This document shows positions 63,953-64,000 of a stretch of DNA of 64,000 bases, in pieces. The stretch spans positions 2,557,591 through 2,621,590 of the forward strand of contig LN717261.1 of NCBI GenBank assembly GCA_001244265.2, read 5' to 3'. Origin of the DNA: Microbotryum violaceum (lineage: Eukaryota). The notes beneath the pieces were generated by a model. The model saw nothing but the letters and a program-made list of their open reading frames with translations, was not told the DNA's origin and did not search any database. Position 1 is the first letter of the stretch, and each line of letters begins with the position of its first letter. Made by a program: the position numbers and the translations under genes.

Positions 63953-64000
63953 GGTGTTTACCTGATCTGGCACCGGAGGAGCCCAAGGAGAGCATCTTGC
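61195..64000 (+). CDS. GUS1: Cytosolic glutamyl-tRNA synthetase (GST-like N-domain plus class I catalytic domain); runs off the window
   Basis: [71 protein letters not shown] and QFERKGFY; one C missing at 62634-62636. Confidence 0.97.

Overview
Intron-rich fungal genomic DNA, most like a Pucciniomycotina basidiomycete such as Microbotryum or a red yeast (inferred from gene set, GTGAGT/GTCAGT/GTGCGT donors and CTGAC branch sites). Housekeeping genes fill 1-30 kb and 56-64 kb: RPS9, a LIMK/TESK-like kinase, RPL21, ATP14 head-to-head with the ATPase inhibitor INH1, PHS1, NEO1, TIM13, a Con-6 protein, RET2, a Clp1-like protein, NIF3, acyl-CoA oxidase, RRP41 and GUS1. Between them lies a ~25-kb accessory block (30.5-56 kb). 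Its main hidden structure is a family of four tiny three-exon genes (72-76 aa), invisible in the ORF track, that align to the N-terminal half of the local Con-6 protein. Two copies are intact and two are broken, and three carry insertions in their introns. One intron holds an 8.5-kb APE-RT-RNase H LINE; another holds a 104-bp TSD-flanked 3'-end fragment of a related LINE with the same terminal stem. The block also holds a TA-flanked TIR element with unknown cargo, a nested non-autonomous MULE, a 2.2-kb tandem duplication and a near-perfect 1.3-kb palindrome. Single-base homopolymer frameshifts in PHS1, NEO1 and GUS1 point to assembly errors. All calls were made by eye; no database searches were run.
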